Of a stretch of 64,000 bases of DNA, positions 26,278 through 38,294 are shown piece by piece. Below the pieces are notes generated by a model. The model worked only from the letters and a program-made list of their open reading frames with translations. It ran no database searches and was not told where the DNA came from. The translations under genes were made by a program, and so were the position numbers. This DNA is from Emiliania huxleyi CCMP1516 (lineage: Eukaryota), in NCBI RefSeq assembly GCF_000372725.1, contig NW_005201412.1, positions 263,643 to 327,642 on the forward strand, written 5' to 3'. How positions within the stretch are numbered: position 1 is the first letter of the stretch; each line of letters opens with the position of its first letter.

Positions 26278-28959
26278 TGAGTGAGTGAGTGAGTGAGAGG
26301 AGGGCATGGGAATGGGAGAGCCGGCAGGAGAGGGCGCAGGCTCGTCGCGCGCCTCTGCGCCGCTGTCGCTCAGCCCCATGAAGCGCGCAAAGCGGCCCAT
26401 CGTGTCCTTCATATCGCCCGCCTCCTTGAGCCTCTCGGACGGGATCACCAGCAGCTGCTCCGCCGGGTACACCTGCCGGCAAGGGTGCGGGCAGAGGGCA
26501 TATGAGGGCCTGGGGTCAGGGCTGGGGCACACCTGCTGCCGTGGGCGGCTCCGCACGCCGTCGCGGCGAGGCGCGGAAGAGGGAGGAGAGGGGGGCCAAA
26601 TGGGGAGGGGGGCGTGAGGGGCGAGGAGGGCCGCGCCTTGAGCCACTTGGCGAGGTGCTCCGAGTACATCGACCGGTAGAGGAAGAGCGCGCCTTCCATC
26701 AGCGCGTACAGCTTCGCCTGCTCGAGCCCCTGCACGCCGAGGCAGGACCCAAGCTCCTCGAAGGCGCCTAGGCGCGTCAGCCTCACAAAGGCTCACCCCG
26801 CGGGCCGCGGGTGGCCTAGCCGTGCGGCCCGAGGCGCACCGGGCTTGGCGCACTCGCCCAGCCGCCTCTCTTCGTCGCTGATGGCGGCGCTCAGCTTGTC
26901 GACAAAGTCGCGCCGCAAGCAGTCGTGGTCGAGCCCCTTCTTGTCGACAGAGCACTCGTTCCAAACCTTGACGGCGGCGGCGCGCTGCTTGGGCGCCACG
27001 TTGTTCTCGTTGATGACCCGCATCGAGGTGACGCCGTTGTAGCAGTCGGTGCGCGACCAGGTGAGCTTGCCGCAGATCTCGACCTGCCACTTCATGTTGA
27101 AGGAGGAGACGAGTCGCGCGACGGGCTCGCGCAGCAGCACCTGGACAAGGCCGAGCCAGGGCTCGAGGACGGTGCTGCGAGCAGCTGCGAGGCGGGCTCG
27201 TCCAGCCGCGCCACGATACGTGCGCTCGGCAGCAGCATCGCCGCCCGCTCCGCCGCCTTAGGGTAGTCGAGGTACGTCGCGCTCACCTCGCCGCGCAGCT
27301 TGGTTTCTTCGGCGCACTCGCCCAGCCGGTCGCCCGAGCCGTCGAAGCGCTGCTGGTAGGTGAGCGGGCCCTGCCGGAACTGGTCGTCCCACGAAAAGTA
27401 GTGGATCTCCTTCTCGCCGCTGTTGACGCGGACGGCGTCGTGCCAGCCCGACTTGAGCAGAAAGTGGAAGGAGGAGGTGCCGCCCTTCTGCGTGCCGATG
27501 ACGAGGAAGGAGGGCAGGCAGCGCGTCATCCGCTGGTGGCGCTGGTAGAGCTCCGAGCCCGCGCTCGCCCGCACGAGGTGCGTGTCCATCGTCAGGTGGC
27601 GCAAGCCGAGCAGCGAGAGCACCTGCGCGGCAGAGATGAGCCGAGATGAGCCGAGATGAGCCGAGGTGCAGCCAGCCGAGAACAGCACCTCGCCGCGGAG
27701 CCGGGCACGCACTCGGCGACGCCTCGGCCAATCTCGGGGCGACGATCTCGGGGCGAACTCGGCCGAGAGCTCGGCGCGATCCTCCGCCCTTCTACGCGCG
27801 CATGCTGGCGCCTGGTCGTCGCCAGAGGTGTCCAGGAGGTGTCCAGGAGGTGTCCAGTGTCTCGGAAGTGTCGGGGCGTCTGCGCCTGGTCGTCGCCAAA
27901 GGTGTACGCCTCGATGAAGGCGTTCTGGCACTTGCGCACGCCGCCGTCGTGCCACGAGCCGTTCTCCGAGTGGCCGCGGCACATCTGGCAGCCGGCGTAC
28001 TGCACCACGAAGGGGATGGCGTCGTTGCCCCACACGGGCAGCGCCAGCTTTGGCTTGCCCGGCACCCACTTCTTGGCATAGTCCATCCAGTTGCCGTTGA
28101 GCGTAAAGTTGCGCTCGAGCTGCACGCGATCCTTCCACCTCTCCGCCTATACATGTATACGTGTATCACGCGATCCTTCCGCCTCTCCGCCTGCGGCGGC
28201 CAGGCGAGGTGGGTCGGGGCGCTGCCCTGGCCCCCTGGGCCATCGCCTCGCCCCTCACCCCCCCCCCCGCCCCTCATCCCCCCCCCCCCGCCCCCCGCCC
28301 CTCTACCCCCGGCGGCCCCGCCTGCGAGTGCAGCACCCACGTCAGCGCGCCCTGCTCGGCGATCCGCCCCTTGTTCCCAATCTGCCTCCGGATGCTCGGC
28401 GTCGCGAGCGCGGCCACCTCCGCCATCAGCTGGCGGGACCACTCGCACTTGCGGAGCAGGAAGACGCCCGTGTTGAGGCCCTGGATGTCGTTGGCGCGGT
28501 AGACTCTCTGCGGGTCGCCCCAGATGACGAGGTTGATGCCTGCGCCAGCCGCGTGCGCCGCGTGAGCCGGTCGGGGCTTCAGGGCGGGTCGTGTCGCTCT
28601 CCTCTGGCGACGGCAAGGCGGCGGGGAGGGGGAGAGGGAAGGGGGGGGGGGGGGGGGCGCCGTCACGGTCGTACTGCTCGAGGGGCATCGTGAAGTTCAT
28701 GTCTGTGAAGATTGCGTCGTCGTCCATCCAGAGCAGCCACTCCACGCCTTGCGTCACCTGCGGGGCAGGCGCCTCCTCTCGACGCACCGCTGCGAGGAGC
28801 CGCACCCCGCCTCCCGACGCACCGGCGACTCCGGGTGCATCAGGACGTACAGGAGCGGGATCTTGTTCCACGCGGCCTGCGAGGAGCCTCCGGGAGGGGT
28901 GAGCTGCCTCCCCGCGGGCAGGGCCGGGAGGGCGGCCCGGCCAGAGGCAAGAGGCCAGT

Positions 28960-28991
<32 letters not shown>

Positions 28992-29739
28992 CCTCGAGGT
29001 CCCACGCCGACACGAGCTCGGTGCTCCACCAAGTCTTGTAGTCGTGCAGCGTCGCGTACCTGCAGCAGCGGTGTGGGAGTGAGACGGTCCAGTGTGAACA
29101 CGGCCGAGGCAGCGGCGCACATCAGCTTGTTGCGCAGCGCGAGCTCCATGATCCAGTCGCCGCGCCTGTGGGAGGGGCTCCGAGCAGCTCCTGGGAGGGG
29201 CTCCAGGCGAGGACCAGGCAGAGCCCCTCGATGAGGCTCCGCCCGCCGCGCCGCGGAGTGAAAGGCAGCGGCTGCATCTCGGATGCATCTCGGCTGCATC
29301 TCGGCTGCATCTCGGCTGCATCTCGGCTGCATCTCGGCTGCATCTCGGCTGCATCTCGGCTGCATCTCGGCTGCATCTCGGCTGCATCTCCCACCGCGTC
29401 GTGCAGGGCAGCGGCTGGTTCGCAGTCACCATCATCACGCGCGCGCCTACGGCCGTCACGGGCGGGTCGGGCGCACCCCCCTCTGCTGCCTCGCGGCGGC
29501 TCTCTCCCTAGCACGCCGCTCGGCCCGCGAGGCGCCGGCATCGCACCCCCGGCCGGCAGGCCTCCGAGGGCCGCCGGGAGGGAGTAGTGACCGTGCAGGG
29601 TGGTGGAGTAGGTGGTGGAGCGGGTCATGCGGTGGTTGGTCGAGCGGACGTGGTAGATCATCGCGGGCAGGTAGAAGGAGAGGATCGTCAGCGTCACGAT
29701 GAGGACCGTCGTCGAGTAGACGATCAGGCCGCACCGCAT
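25723..29739 (-). CDS. Type II membrane GT34-family glycosyltransferase fused to a PAPS-dependent carbohydrate sulfotransferase; many introns
   Basis: N-terminal TM (LIVYSTTVLIVTLTILSFYL). GT34 motifs: VMMVTANQPLPC, LRNKLMYA.LH, WNKIPLL, EWLLWMDDDAIFTDM, LNTGVFLLRKCEWS, EQGAL, PFVVQYAGCQMC, AYTFGDDQVL. Sulfotransferase motifs: LPSFLVIGTQKGGTSS (5'-PSB), KEIHYF, GEVSATYL, VLLREPVARLVS (3'-PB), SMYSEHLAKWLKVYP.EQLLV. Inferred last exon VGDMPWLATALKRDIC*. Confidence 0.88.
26194..26296. repeat. (GT)n plus (GAGT)n microsatellite, intronic
   Basis: Direct reading. Confidence 0.97.
29270..29390. repeat. 11-bp tandem repeat (GGCTGCATCTC) x11, intronic
   Basis: Direct reading. Related intronic repeats lie at ~27633-27665 (gccgagatga), ~27822-27858 (ccaggaggtgt) and ~28940-28988 (ggccaga). 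Confidence 0.97.
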
Positions 29740-32602
29740 CGTCGGCTGGTTCCGGCTGCCTCGCGCCGCCTTGCCCTGCGGCTGGGAGGAGGCGCCGCCG
29801 CCGCCGCCGCCGTCGGAGTGGAAGCCGCGCAGCGCACGCACGATCTTGAAGATGTCTCCCACCACAAGGCCGGCCCGCTGCAGTGGCGAGCAGTGGCAGC
29901 GTGAGCGGTGCCCGCAGTGGCGGTGGTGGCTGCAACTGCTACGGACAGCTGCTACGGACAGCGGCGATGACCGTGGTGGCAGCGAGAGGTGGCGGTGGGG
30001 TAGAGGGCGGCGCTGCGGCGCATGAAAGGAAAGCAGGAAGACACAAGCAGCAGGCGTGTACACGCCTGCAGCATCGCCTCGACTCGGTGCTCCGGCTCGG
30101 CGATGAGGTCCGAAGCGCGGACGTGCGACTGAGAGAGCAGCCGGCGGATCTCGGAGCCGTCCACGCGTGCCTGCGATAGGATCCCGTCGAGAAGCAAACC
30201 CTCGTCGCACTCGGACTTCATCCCTCGCAAGGTGCCCGCCGACGAAGAAAAATTATTTTCAGGCCGGTCTGAGACCGCCAGTGGAGTTGGGAGTCCACCG
30301 TGCGCTGCGAGCCAGTCGTGTCCCTTGTCAGGAGCAGGAGAGCCCCACCTGTCCCCCTGATCGTCCTCCCCAAATCCTGCTCGTGCAGGTGTGGACCCTG
30401 TCCTCCTCCCCCATCCCTCGTTTGGGTTTGTCTGTCTGTCTGTCTTTCTTTTGCTACTGCGGGAGCTCGCAGGAGAGGTGACGAGTGAACTACAGGTAGT
30501 GGGGAAGGCAGCCTCGATTGCCATACAGACATGGGTGCGAAACAACGACAAGACCAAGAGAGAGAGATTTTAGCCCCCCGCTACCCGGTTGCACTCGTGC
30601 GACGTAGCGGGGGGCCACAACTACGTTTACGAAAACATAAGTAGTCCCGCGAGGTGTGAATTGGCCGCCCCAGTAGCCCCCATTTCCACTGGAAGCGCTT
30701 TTCGTGGCAAACCCAAAGTTGCGCTGCGCGCGAAGCCGCTTTTGAAAGCGCGAAACAATCTCGTCCTACCTCCCACCGGCCCCACCGGCTTTTCGTCGCC
30801 CATGCTCGGTCTCGACTTGAGTGCCGCTCGACTGGCCGATGAAGAGCGACCCGTACGACGCGCACTTGTCGTCCTCCCTCCTCGCCACATGACGGCCGCC
30901 CCCCGACACCGACAGTCGCGCTCCGCACGCCTTCGAGGTCAGCTGCGGCCGAGCGACGACCGGCTCGCCTCCGATCGCTGGGCGCGGTCACTCTCCGGCC
31001 CATCACCCACCTGCCGATCACCTGTCCGCCTCGCCGCGCGCGGGCCGCTCGCCTGCTCGCCACCGCCGCCGCGCGTCCCCGCGCCGCCACGCTTCCCTGC
31101 ACCTGACCGCGCTCGAGCTGCGCAGACGGCGCGCTCTGGCAGACAGAGCAGCGGCCGCCCAGGCGGTCGCTGCTCCGCCCCGTCCGAATCCGTCCGCCCG
31201 CGCGTGCCGCTGCCGCCGCCGCCGCCGCCACCGCCGCCGCGTTTCCCCGCCGCCACGCGTCCCCGCACCTGACCGCGCTCGAGCTGCGCAGGCAGACGGC
31301 GTGAGAGTTGCTTTGTGTATGTGTATATGTCTATGTGGACAGCGACACTTATGTCACACTTGAGCCTCTATCTATGATTGTAGACCGGTACTCGGGTTTG
31401 GATGGTAGCGGGGGGCCCCGCCGGAGGCTGGTTACTGATTAGCCGTACAGCCGGGCAAAATGTACGTTAGGCAGTCGGGTGTGTACGTGACGGGGGGTGT
31501 CGGGGTGTCTGTGTCCACTAGCTCCGAGTAAGGGGGCGTTCTGAAGTTAAGGGGAAACCCGGTACACGGAGCCCTCTCGGAGACCCGTGTTTACTTCCCA
31601 ACTTTTACTTTATGGCCCTTTCCCTGCGAACGCGCACCCCCAGGGCTAGGGCTTTCTTGCCCGCAACCCGATGCCAATCATCCGGCCCGCTGGGTGCGCT
31701 TCTTAGCTCCCCGGCCCTGGATGTGCGGTTGCTAACTGCACTCCAAGTGCTCCAAGTTTAGCAATACCAAACAACCTCTAACACTCACACGTCATTTGGG
31801 GCCTGGAGCCCTGTTCACGCGCGCGCGAGACGTGCAGACAGGGTTGCCAGGTGAGAGCGAATGGCGCGGTTCACGCCTCGCACAACAGAGAGAGAGATGC
31901 GCTCTGCATGGTGGGACATAAAAGAGAGCGAGTACTCGGGCGAGTAGGCCGTGCGGTCGACGCTGCCGCGCGCGACTTTGCGCGCGAGGCTGTTTTGTCA
32001 AGACCAAAAGGCCACGGGCAGAGGAGAGAGAGAAGAACATAGGATGGATAGGGCGCCTGTTCACGGCATGAAGAAAGAATGTACGCGCAAACAACGCAAC
32101 TCCCTCGCACAACACTGGGCCGCACGGGACTGGCGCGCAGACAATTTTTTCTCGGAAATCGATTTCTTTTTTTAGGTTGAGGAGGAATCGTGCCGCAGCG
32201 TGGCCGGTTGAGCGCGAACAGGCAGGTCTGCAGGCAGGCAGGTCTGCAGCTAGGCGAAAGCAAAGCTGGCGAATGTACTTCCAGCCTGCTGTGGGAACAG
32301 CTGACGCAGTCTCGCCGAGGCTCGCCCCAGCACGGGTTGACTCGGCCAGATAAAAAAAACCCGGGAGCGTGGGAGTACCACCTCGCCAGGGCGAAAGATG
32401 CAAGATCGCGAGGCTCGTTCGCTCGTAGGCGGAGCATCACTCGACGCAGATCGCGGATCGCTCCGCAGAAGGCTCGCGCGACTCTCTCTCTGTCAGCGGG
32501 TCGAAGCGGGCGTTTTCCAAAAGCAACGACAAAATAACAACTCAGCGCGCTTCGCGATACCGCGAACGTCCGCCCCACTCAGGCCGCACCAATCGCGGCA
32601 CA

Positions 32603-34145
32603 ATGACAATCATGCGCCGGCCGACGGAGCTCTGCGAGGACAAGCTGGGCGCCCGCCTGCGGCACGTCTTCAGCCAGCACGACGGCAGCAGCGGCGCCGT
32701 CTCTGCCTCCGCGCTCGAGGAGGTACTGCAGCAGCTCGACCTGCCGCAGGCGTATGCCGCACGGCTGGTGCGACAGATTGACGTGGACGGCAGCGGCAGC
32801 GTCAGCTTCGAGGAGTTCCACACGTTCGTGCGCCGCCGGCTCAAGCAGCTGCACGCCGCCTTCAACGCCGTGGATCGCGAGCAGAGCGGAAGCATCCCCA
32901 TCGGCTCGGTGCACGAGATGCTCGAGGCAATGCACCTGCAGCTCACCGCCGAGGACGAGGACGTGCTGGTCAGCCAGCTGCGTGCCGGCAGCAACCATGT
33001 GACCTTCGAGTCATTCCTCAAAGTGTTTGCGCTGCTTCAACCCATCGACCTACTCACCCTCTACGACAATGATGCAATCCTGCTTGAATTCGGCTCGCCG
33101 ACCGACTTTGGCGGCTTGCTCCGGCGCAGCAGCAGGGGCAGCCTGACGCGCCGCGAGTCTCTCGCACTGCAGAAAGCCAAGGCTTCGCCCGCCTCGAACG
33201 TCCTCGCTGCGCGTCTCTTCCTCGGCGGTGTCGCCGCAACAGTGGCGCCTCTGATTTCTTGAGCCTCTCTCTCACTCGCTCTCCGACTCTCTCTCACACG
33301 CGCGCGCGCTCTCTCAGGCACAATTCGTTGTGCACCCCGTCGAGACGGTCAAGGTGCGGCTGCAGAACCAGGGCTCCTCCGGCGAGCGACGGTACACGGG
33401 CTTCGCGCAGGGCTTCCGGGTGGTCGTGGCGGACGAGGGGCTGCTCGCGCTGTACAAGGGTTGGTGGCCGGCGGCGGCGCGGGAGATGCTGTACTCGTCG
33501 CTGCGCTTTGGGCTGTACGCGCCGGTCAAGGGGCTGCTCGGAGCAGAGGACCCGCGCGACACCCCCTTCTGGAAGAAGCTCTTCGCTGGCGGCTTTGCAG
33601 GCGGGCTCGGCTCCGGGATTGCCAACCCGACTGATCTCGTCAAGATCAGGCAGCAGGCGGACGCGAGCGTCTCCAACCCCAAGAGCGTGATGGCGCACGC
33701 ACGGGATATCTACCGCGCGGACGGCGTCCTCGGCTTCTGGAAGGGAGCTTCGACCACCATCGTGCGCGCCGTCGTGCTGGGCAGCACCAAGCTGGCGACC
33801 TACGACGAGGCGAAGGTGCAGCTCAAGGAGCGATTGGGCCTCGTCGGCCTAGCGCAGCAGGCGGGCGCCTCCTGCGCCGCCGGCTTTGCGTATTGCGTCA
33901 CCACCTCGCCGGCCGACGTCGTGAGGACGCGTTTCATGTCGGCGCAGCAGGCGGCGGAGCAGACGGGCCAGCCGATGAAATACTCGGGGCCGCTCGACGT
34001 GGCGCGGCAGACGCTCGCAAAGGAGGGGCCGCTCGCTTTCTACAAGGGCTTCTTGCCCCAGTGGGCACGCGCGATGCCCTACTCGATGGTCCAATTTCTG
34101 GTGTGGGAGCAGCTGGCCAAGCTGGCTGGTCTTACGACGGTATAG
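32603..34145 (+). CDS. Mitochondrial carrier (SLC25) with N-terminal EF-hand domain; carrier of UCP/dicarboxylate/oxoglutarate type; intron ~33245-33317
   Basis: EF loops DVDGSGSVSFEEF and DREQSGSIPIGSV plus two degenerate ones. Carrier signatures PVETVKVRLQ, PTDLVKIRQQ, PADVVRTRFM. Splicing gives in-frame LFLGGVAATV|AQFVVHPVETVK. Confidence 0.9.
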
Positions 34146-34891
34146 GACCAGGAGGGTAAGCGTGCCGTCGGCCTTGTCACCGTCGTCGCCCGGGGAGTCT
34201 AACAATAGGACATGGAGCCGTGCGATGCCGGATCGCGTGCCCCCGATATCCCGATTTTTACACCCTGCCTCTCTCTCAAACACTGTGAATAAGTGGTAAA
34301 GTAGATCCTCAAGCCGTGTTGAGGGCAGATTGAGGTGGTCTCGCGCCGCGAGGAGTCGGCGGCCTCGCGCCGCGGGGGCCCGTCGCCGGTGTGGACCCCC
34401 GGCCGCGCGGGCCCCGCTCACCTGATCCTGAACACAGAGGTCCAGCTGCTCTTGGCGCGCTCGGGGCTGAGCGTGTAAGCAATCTATCGGCAAGGCGCGC
34501 GCCCGACGAGCCGACGAGAGCGGCCGGGAGCGTCGAGTCGCTCTCGTGTCTTGAGAGAAAATCTTGAATGTTGAAAAATAACGAAAGGACGCGGTGTGTG
34601 GTGTGTGGAGACGACCGTCGGTCTCGGTGAGCGAGAGGTCCGTCCCAGAGGTGTGTCTCTCTCCAACAGCGGACACAGCAACGCGGCGGCGCACACCAAC
34701 CTTGGTGGCGTGTGTGAACTGATCTCTGGCCTACCCCCTCCCCCGGCGCGCGTCTGACTCTTCAATAGCGCAAATGACGACAGCGGCCAGCCCACGGCAC
34801 CGCTTGCGCCGATAGCCGCAAACAGCAAAGCCTCCCAGCCGCCGCGGCGGCCGTGCAGCGCCCGATCCCTACGCTGCGCCTGGGCCCCCCT

Positions 34892-35986
34892 CTACTCGCG
34901 GAAGACGACAGGATACCCGTCGGGCTCCTTCCCCTCCTCCACCCCCTCCTCGCCGCACCCGGGCGACGAGACGACCAGCGCCTCGAGCCCGCCGGCCTGC
35001 TGCACGTCCGCCGCCGAGTAGACGTACCGCAGCTGCAGCACCGCCTCGTCGCCTAGACGCAGAGGCGGCCGCGGGCTCGCAATCGTGTCACGCTCGAGCG
35101 GGAGGCGGAGGGGGTGCCCTCGCCCGCCGCGGGGCCGCAGGGGCCGGTGGAAGGCAGCGCGGCCGCGTCTCCGAGGTGCACCGAGATAGAAGCCTCGTTC
35201 GGCAGGTTGGCTTGCCAGCGCAGCGTCTCGAGGCCGCGCCGCTGCCACCAGTCCTCGCTCGCCTTCCACGCGGTCACGTCGCAGCGCGCGGCGCAGAGCA
35301 CGCCTCCCTCTCCCTCGCCCGCCTCGAAGAGCAGGAGCGGGTAGCCAGCCGGGTCTGCGACGGTCGCCTGCCGTCGCGGGTTCGGCGGGGCGTCGGGCGG
35401 GGCGCCGAGCTGCGCGCTCGGCGAGAGAGAGGGAGAGGGAGGGAGGGAGAGGAAGGGAGGGAGAAGCGGACATGGAGACGTGCCGATGCGCGGTCTGTGT
35501 GTGTCTCTCTCCGCCTCCCACCTGCGTCACAGCAGTGACCACGTCCACTCCCTCCTCCGGCTTCGAGGAGGGGCCGTGCTCAACGGTGGCGCTCTCGGAA
35601 AGCACGGTGCCGCCGTTCTCCCGCGCGGCCGCCACAGCGGCCGCCACGTTGCCCACCCGAGCAACCAGGCCGCGGTATCCGCCCTCTGCGCTGTAGCCAG
35701 CGGCGGCGCCATCGGCGCCGCCCTCCCGGAGCTCGAGCTGGAGGCTGCCGCCGCCGCCGAGGAGGTGGCGCGGCCGTCCGTCGTCGGTCGTGGCGTCCGC
35801 CGTCGCCACCAGCCCGAGCGTCGCCTCGTAGAAGGCTGCTGCCGACGCAGCATCGCCGACGCTCACCGCGACCCGCTCGAGAGCGGCGAGGCGCGGCGGC
35901 GTAGCGCGCGGCGTCGCGGTCGCGCCGTGGCGTTGACCGCCGAGTAGCACTAGCGCCGTGGCGGAGGGGCAGAGGAGCGCCATCAT
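34892..35986 (-). CDS. VOC/glyoxalase-superfamily protein (glyoxalase I-like), probable signal+transit peptide; 2 introns
   Basis: MMALLCPSATALVLL...LERVAVSVGDAASAAAFYEATLGL...LQLELRE...Y...GGYRGL.ARV.NV.AAV...RENGGTV...|ATVADPAGYPLLLFE... and second-domain LQLRYVY...EPDGYPVVF. Confidence 0.75.
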   Translation of the reverse strand: MMALLCPSATALVLLGGQRHGATATPRATPPRLAALERVAVSVGDAASAAAFYEATLGLVATADATTDDGRPRHLLGGGGSLQLELREGGADGAAAGYSAEGGYRGLVARVGNVAAAVAAARENGGTVLSESATVEHGPSSKPEEGVDVVTAVTQVGGGERHTQTAHRHVSMSASPSLPLPPSLSLSLAERAARRPARRPAEPATAGDRRRPGWLPAPALRGGRGRGRRALRRALRRDRVEGERGLVAAARPRDAALASQPAERGFYLGAPRRRGRAAFHRPLRPRGGRGHPLRLPLERDTIASPRPPLRLGDEAVLQLRYVYSAADVQQAGGLEALVVSSPGCGEEGVEEGKEPDGYPVVFRE

Positions 35987-36066
35987 CACGACGGCCTGAT
36001 CTCTTGCCGCGGGAGTGTGGCCAAGCGCGAGCTCTGCTGAGACAAAAGAATAACGGCAGCCGCCCT

Positions 36067-36273
36067 CAGCGGAGCTGGGAATAGGACCGCCGCGAGCGGC
36101 GCGGCGTGGAGCGGTTGAGCATCCCTCCGGGGGCCCCTCTGCGCCGGGGAGGCGTTGTTGGAGGCTAGGACGCAAGCGTCCGTCGCCCTTTTTCAAACTC
36201 GGGGCCCACTCCGCTACGCTCCGACCCGAATTTGGAGGGCCTAAAAGTTTAAGGTGTTGCTGCGCAAAAGGGG
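36067..36273. repeat. ~205-bp dispersed element upstream of the glyoxalase gene (second copy 59960-60173)
   Basis: cagcggagctgggaataggaccgccgc...gctgcgcaaaagggg is highly similar at both loci and in the same orientation. Confidence 0.92.
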
Positions 36274-37466
36274 AAGACGCTCCACGCACAAAAACCGGGA
36301 ATGTACGTAAGAGCCACATACATTGAGAGAGAGAGCTCGCTTCCGAGCTCTCACGCCGCGCGTAGGGCCCTTAGGGGCCTAGAGAACACACACCCCCTCT
36401 CTCTTTTCTCCCAGTAAGCTAAAAGTACGTACATTGAGAGAGAGATTGAAAAAGTATATGTATCAGTTCTTACGAACGTACTTCCTCTTAGGCGGACCCT
36501 CCCGATGCCAGGACGCATGCGGCCAACAACGCTATTCGTGCGGAAGAGCCACTGCAAGCGGACTGTGCCCCCTGAGCCAATGCGGCGGCGAATGGCAAAG
36601 CGCATACAAAAGTCGGGGTCGCAGAGAGCGTCGCGCAGCAGTTGAGCATGCTCGTCGGTCGCGTTGTTTAGGACGCCACGCCAATTATCTGCGCGCCCAT
36701 CTGTTGCCTGGCATCCCCGGCGAATTCGTCGCTCGTGATCAGCTCCGCTGCCGCTCGGAGCAACCAGTGCCGTGTCGAGATGAAGCTCCGCGACGACGCC
36801 CGTGGACTGCACGCGCAGGGAGAGGCGCACGAGCTCCCGCACGGCAAGCGACTTCTCGGCATGCGCCGCCTGACGCCTGTCGGCATCCCATTCTTGCAAG
36901 CAAGCCATTTCTACCGACCGCGTATTTGGTCGACGGGACGGACGTTTTGGTACGTTTTGGCACCAGCTGAAGGCTTGCCCCCGCAAAAGCCCGTTGCCAA
37001 CCCCTTTTTTGCCAGAGTATCGCGAATCAATTGGCCTCCGCTCAAGGTGTGAACATATTCGCTGCGGTCATTAAGAGCGCCACAAGCACACTCGTTTTTT
37101 TCTGTTTTGTTTTTTCTTTCTTACGGGACTGGCGCGCACTGGCACTAACACAGGTACACCACGGGAGCCGCCTAAGCGACTCCTCCTTGAAAAAATTTTA
37201 ATGAATTTGCCTTCACCCGGGCACAACACTGAGAATATGCTGCCTCCCTGCGGATGCTGCCGGCGAGCCTGGCGGTCCGCTGTACTACAAGGAAGTGCTG
37301 ACTCGATTTCTACTCGAATTCTTCTACCCCCACGACTCGGAACGCGAATGTGACAGGACCATCGGGTCCTTCAGCCTCCAAAGCGGGATCACCCGAGAGC
37401 AGCTGAGCCTGCCTCTGGAGCGGCCGCACATTGCTCGGTACCCCCCCTGCACATCTAAAGTCATCC

Positions 37467-37565
37467 CTGCTGCTAGGGGGGGGGGTCTGACCCCCCCAGC
37501 AGCAGAGCGCTGCTGCTGGGGGGGGGGTCCCGACCCCCCCAGCAGCAGAGCGCTGCTGCTGGGGG
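37467..37565. repeat. Tandem palindromic array (cccccccagcagcag-agcg-ctgctgctggggg) x2
   Basis: Direct reading; chained inverted repeats. Confidence 0.85.
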
Positions 37566-38294
37566 TGGCCGGTCTCCGAGTCCTGCTCCTCGCCCGAGTC
37601 CTCGTCCAAGTTCGAGTAGTCTTGTCCTCTTCGTCCTCTTCGTCGATCTCGTCGAGCCGGCTCCTGGCCCGACGCCCGTGACGCTGGGGCCGACTTGCTA
37701 CGCGCGCTGCGACCCGGACCGCCACCTCTGCTGCCGCCTGTGCTACCCGTAGTCCTTGCCGGCGAGCGAGTGCCTTTTGCGGCGCTGTCGCCAGAGCGGG
37801 TGTCGCCACGGCCGTCTTCTGATCTGTTTTGTGGTCTGGTCTGGGGCTCTGCGCGCTGCGCTGCGCTGCACGTCTCGAGGCGCGCCGCAACACAGCCCGT
37901 TAAATGGGGTAATGGATGAACCAAGCATCCCCGATGGCCGGGGGGGTGTCCCATGGCCCCGGGGTGGCCGGGGGCACGCAGGGGGCGCCGCTACGGGCCG
38001 CTGCGGCGCCCATCCTTTCGAAGAATGCCATCCTGGAATATAGGTGAGACCGCACAGGGGAACGGGAGCGGGGACCGGGGAGCGCATGAGGGGGGCTGCG
38101 CAGGGTTCAGCCACATGACAGGGTCCCGGCATTCCCCTCCCGGATACGACAAAATTCCACGCTCACCGTGTTTTCTTTGAGCTTAGCCTTCGATGTTATG
38201 AAACAAAGCAAGGCGGACATGGCATGTCGCTCTCGGACAAAGAGTTTTCTTTTGGTATTTATCGACCTCGCCAGGTCGCTAAGCTTCTTGCGTG

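Noticed and set aside
36351..36986. 211-aa minus-strand ORF
   Set aside because: No recognisable motif; embedded in a repeat-rich interval.
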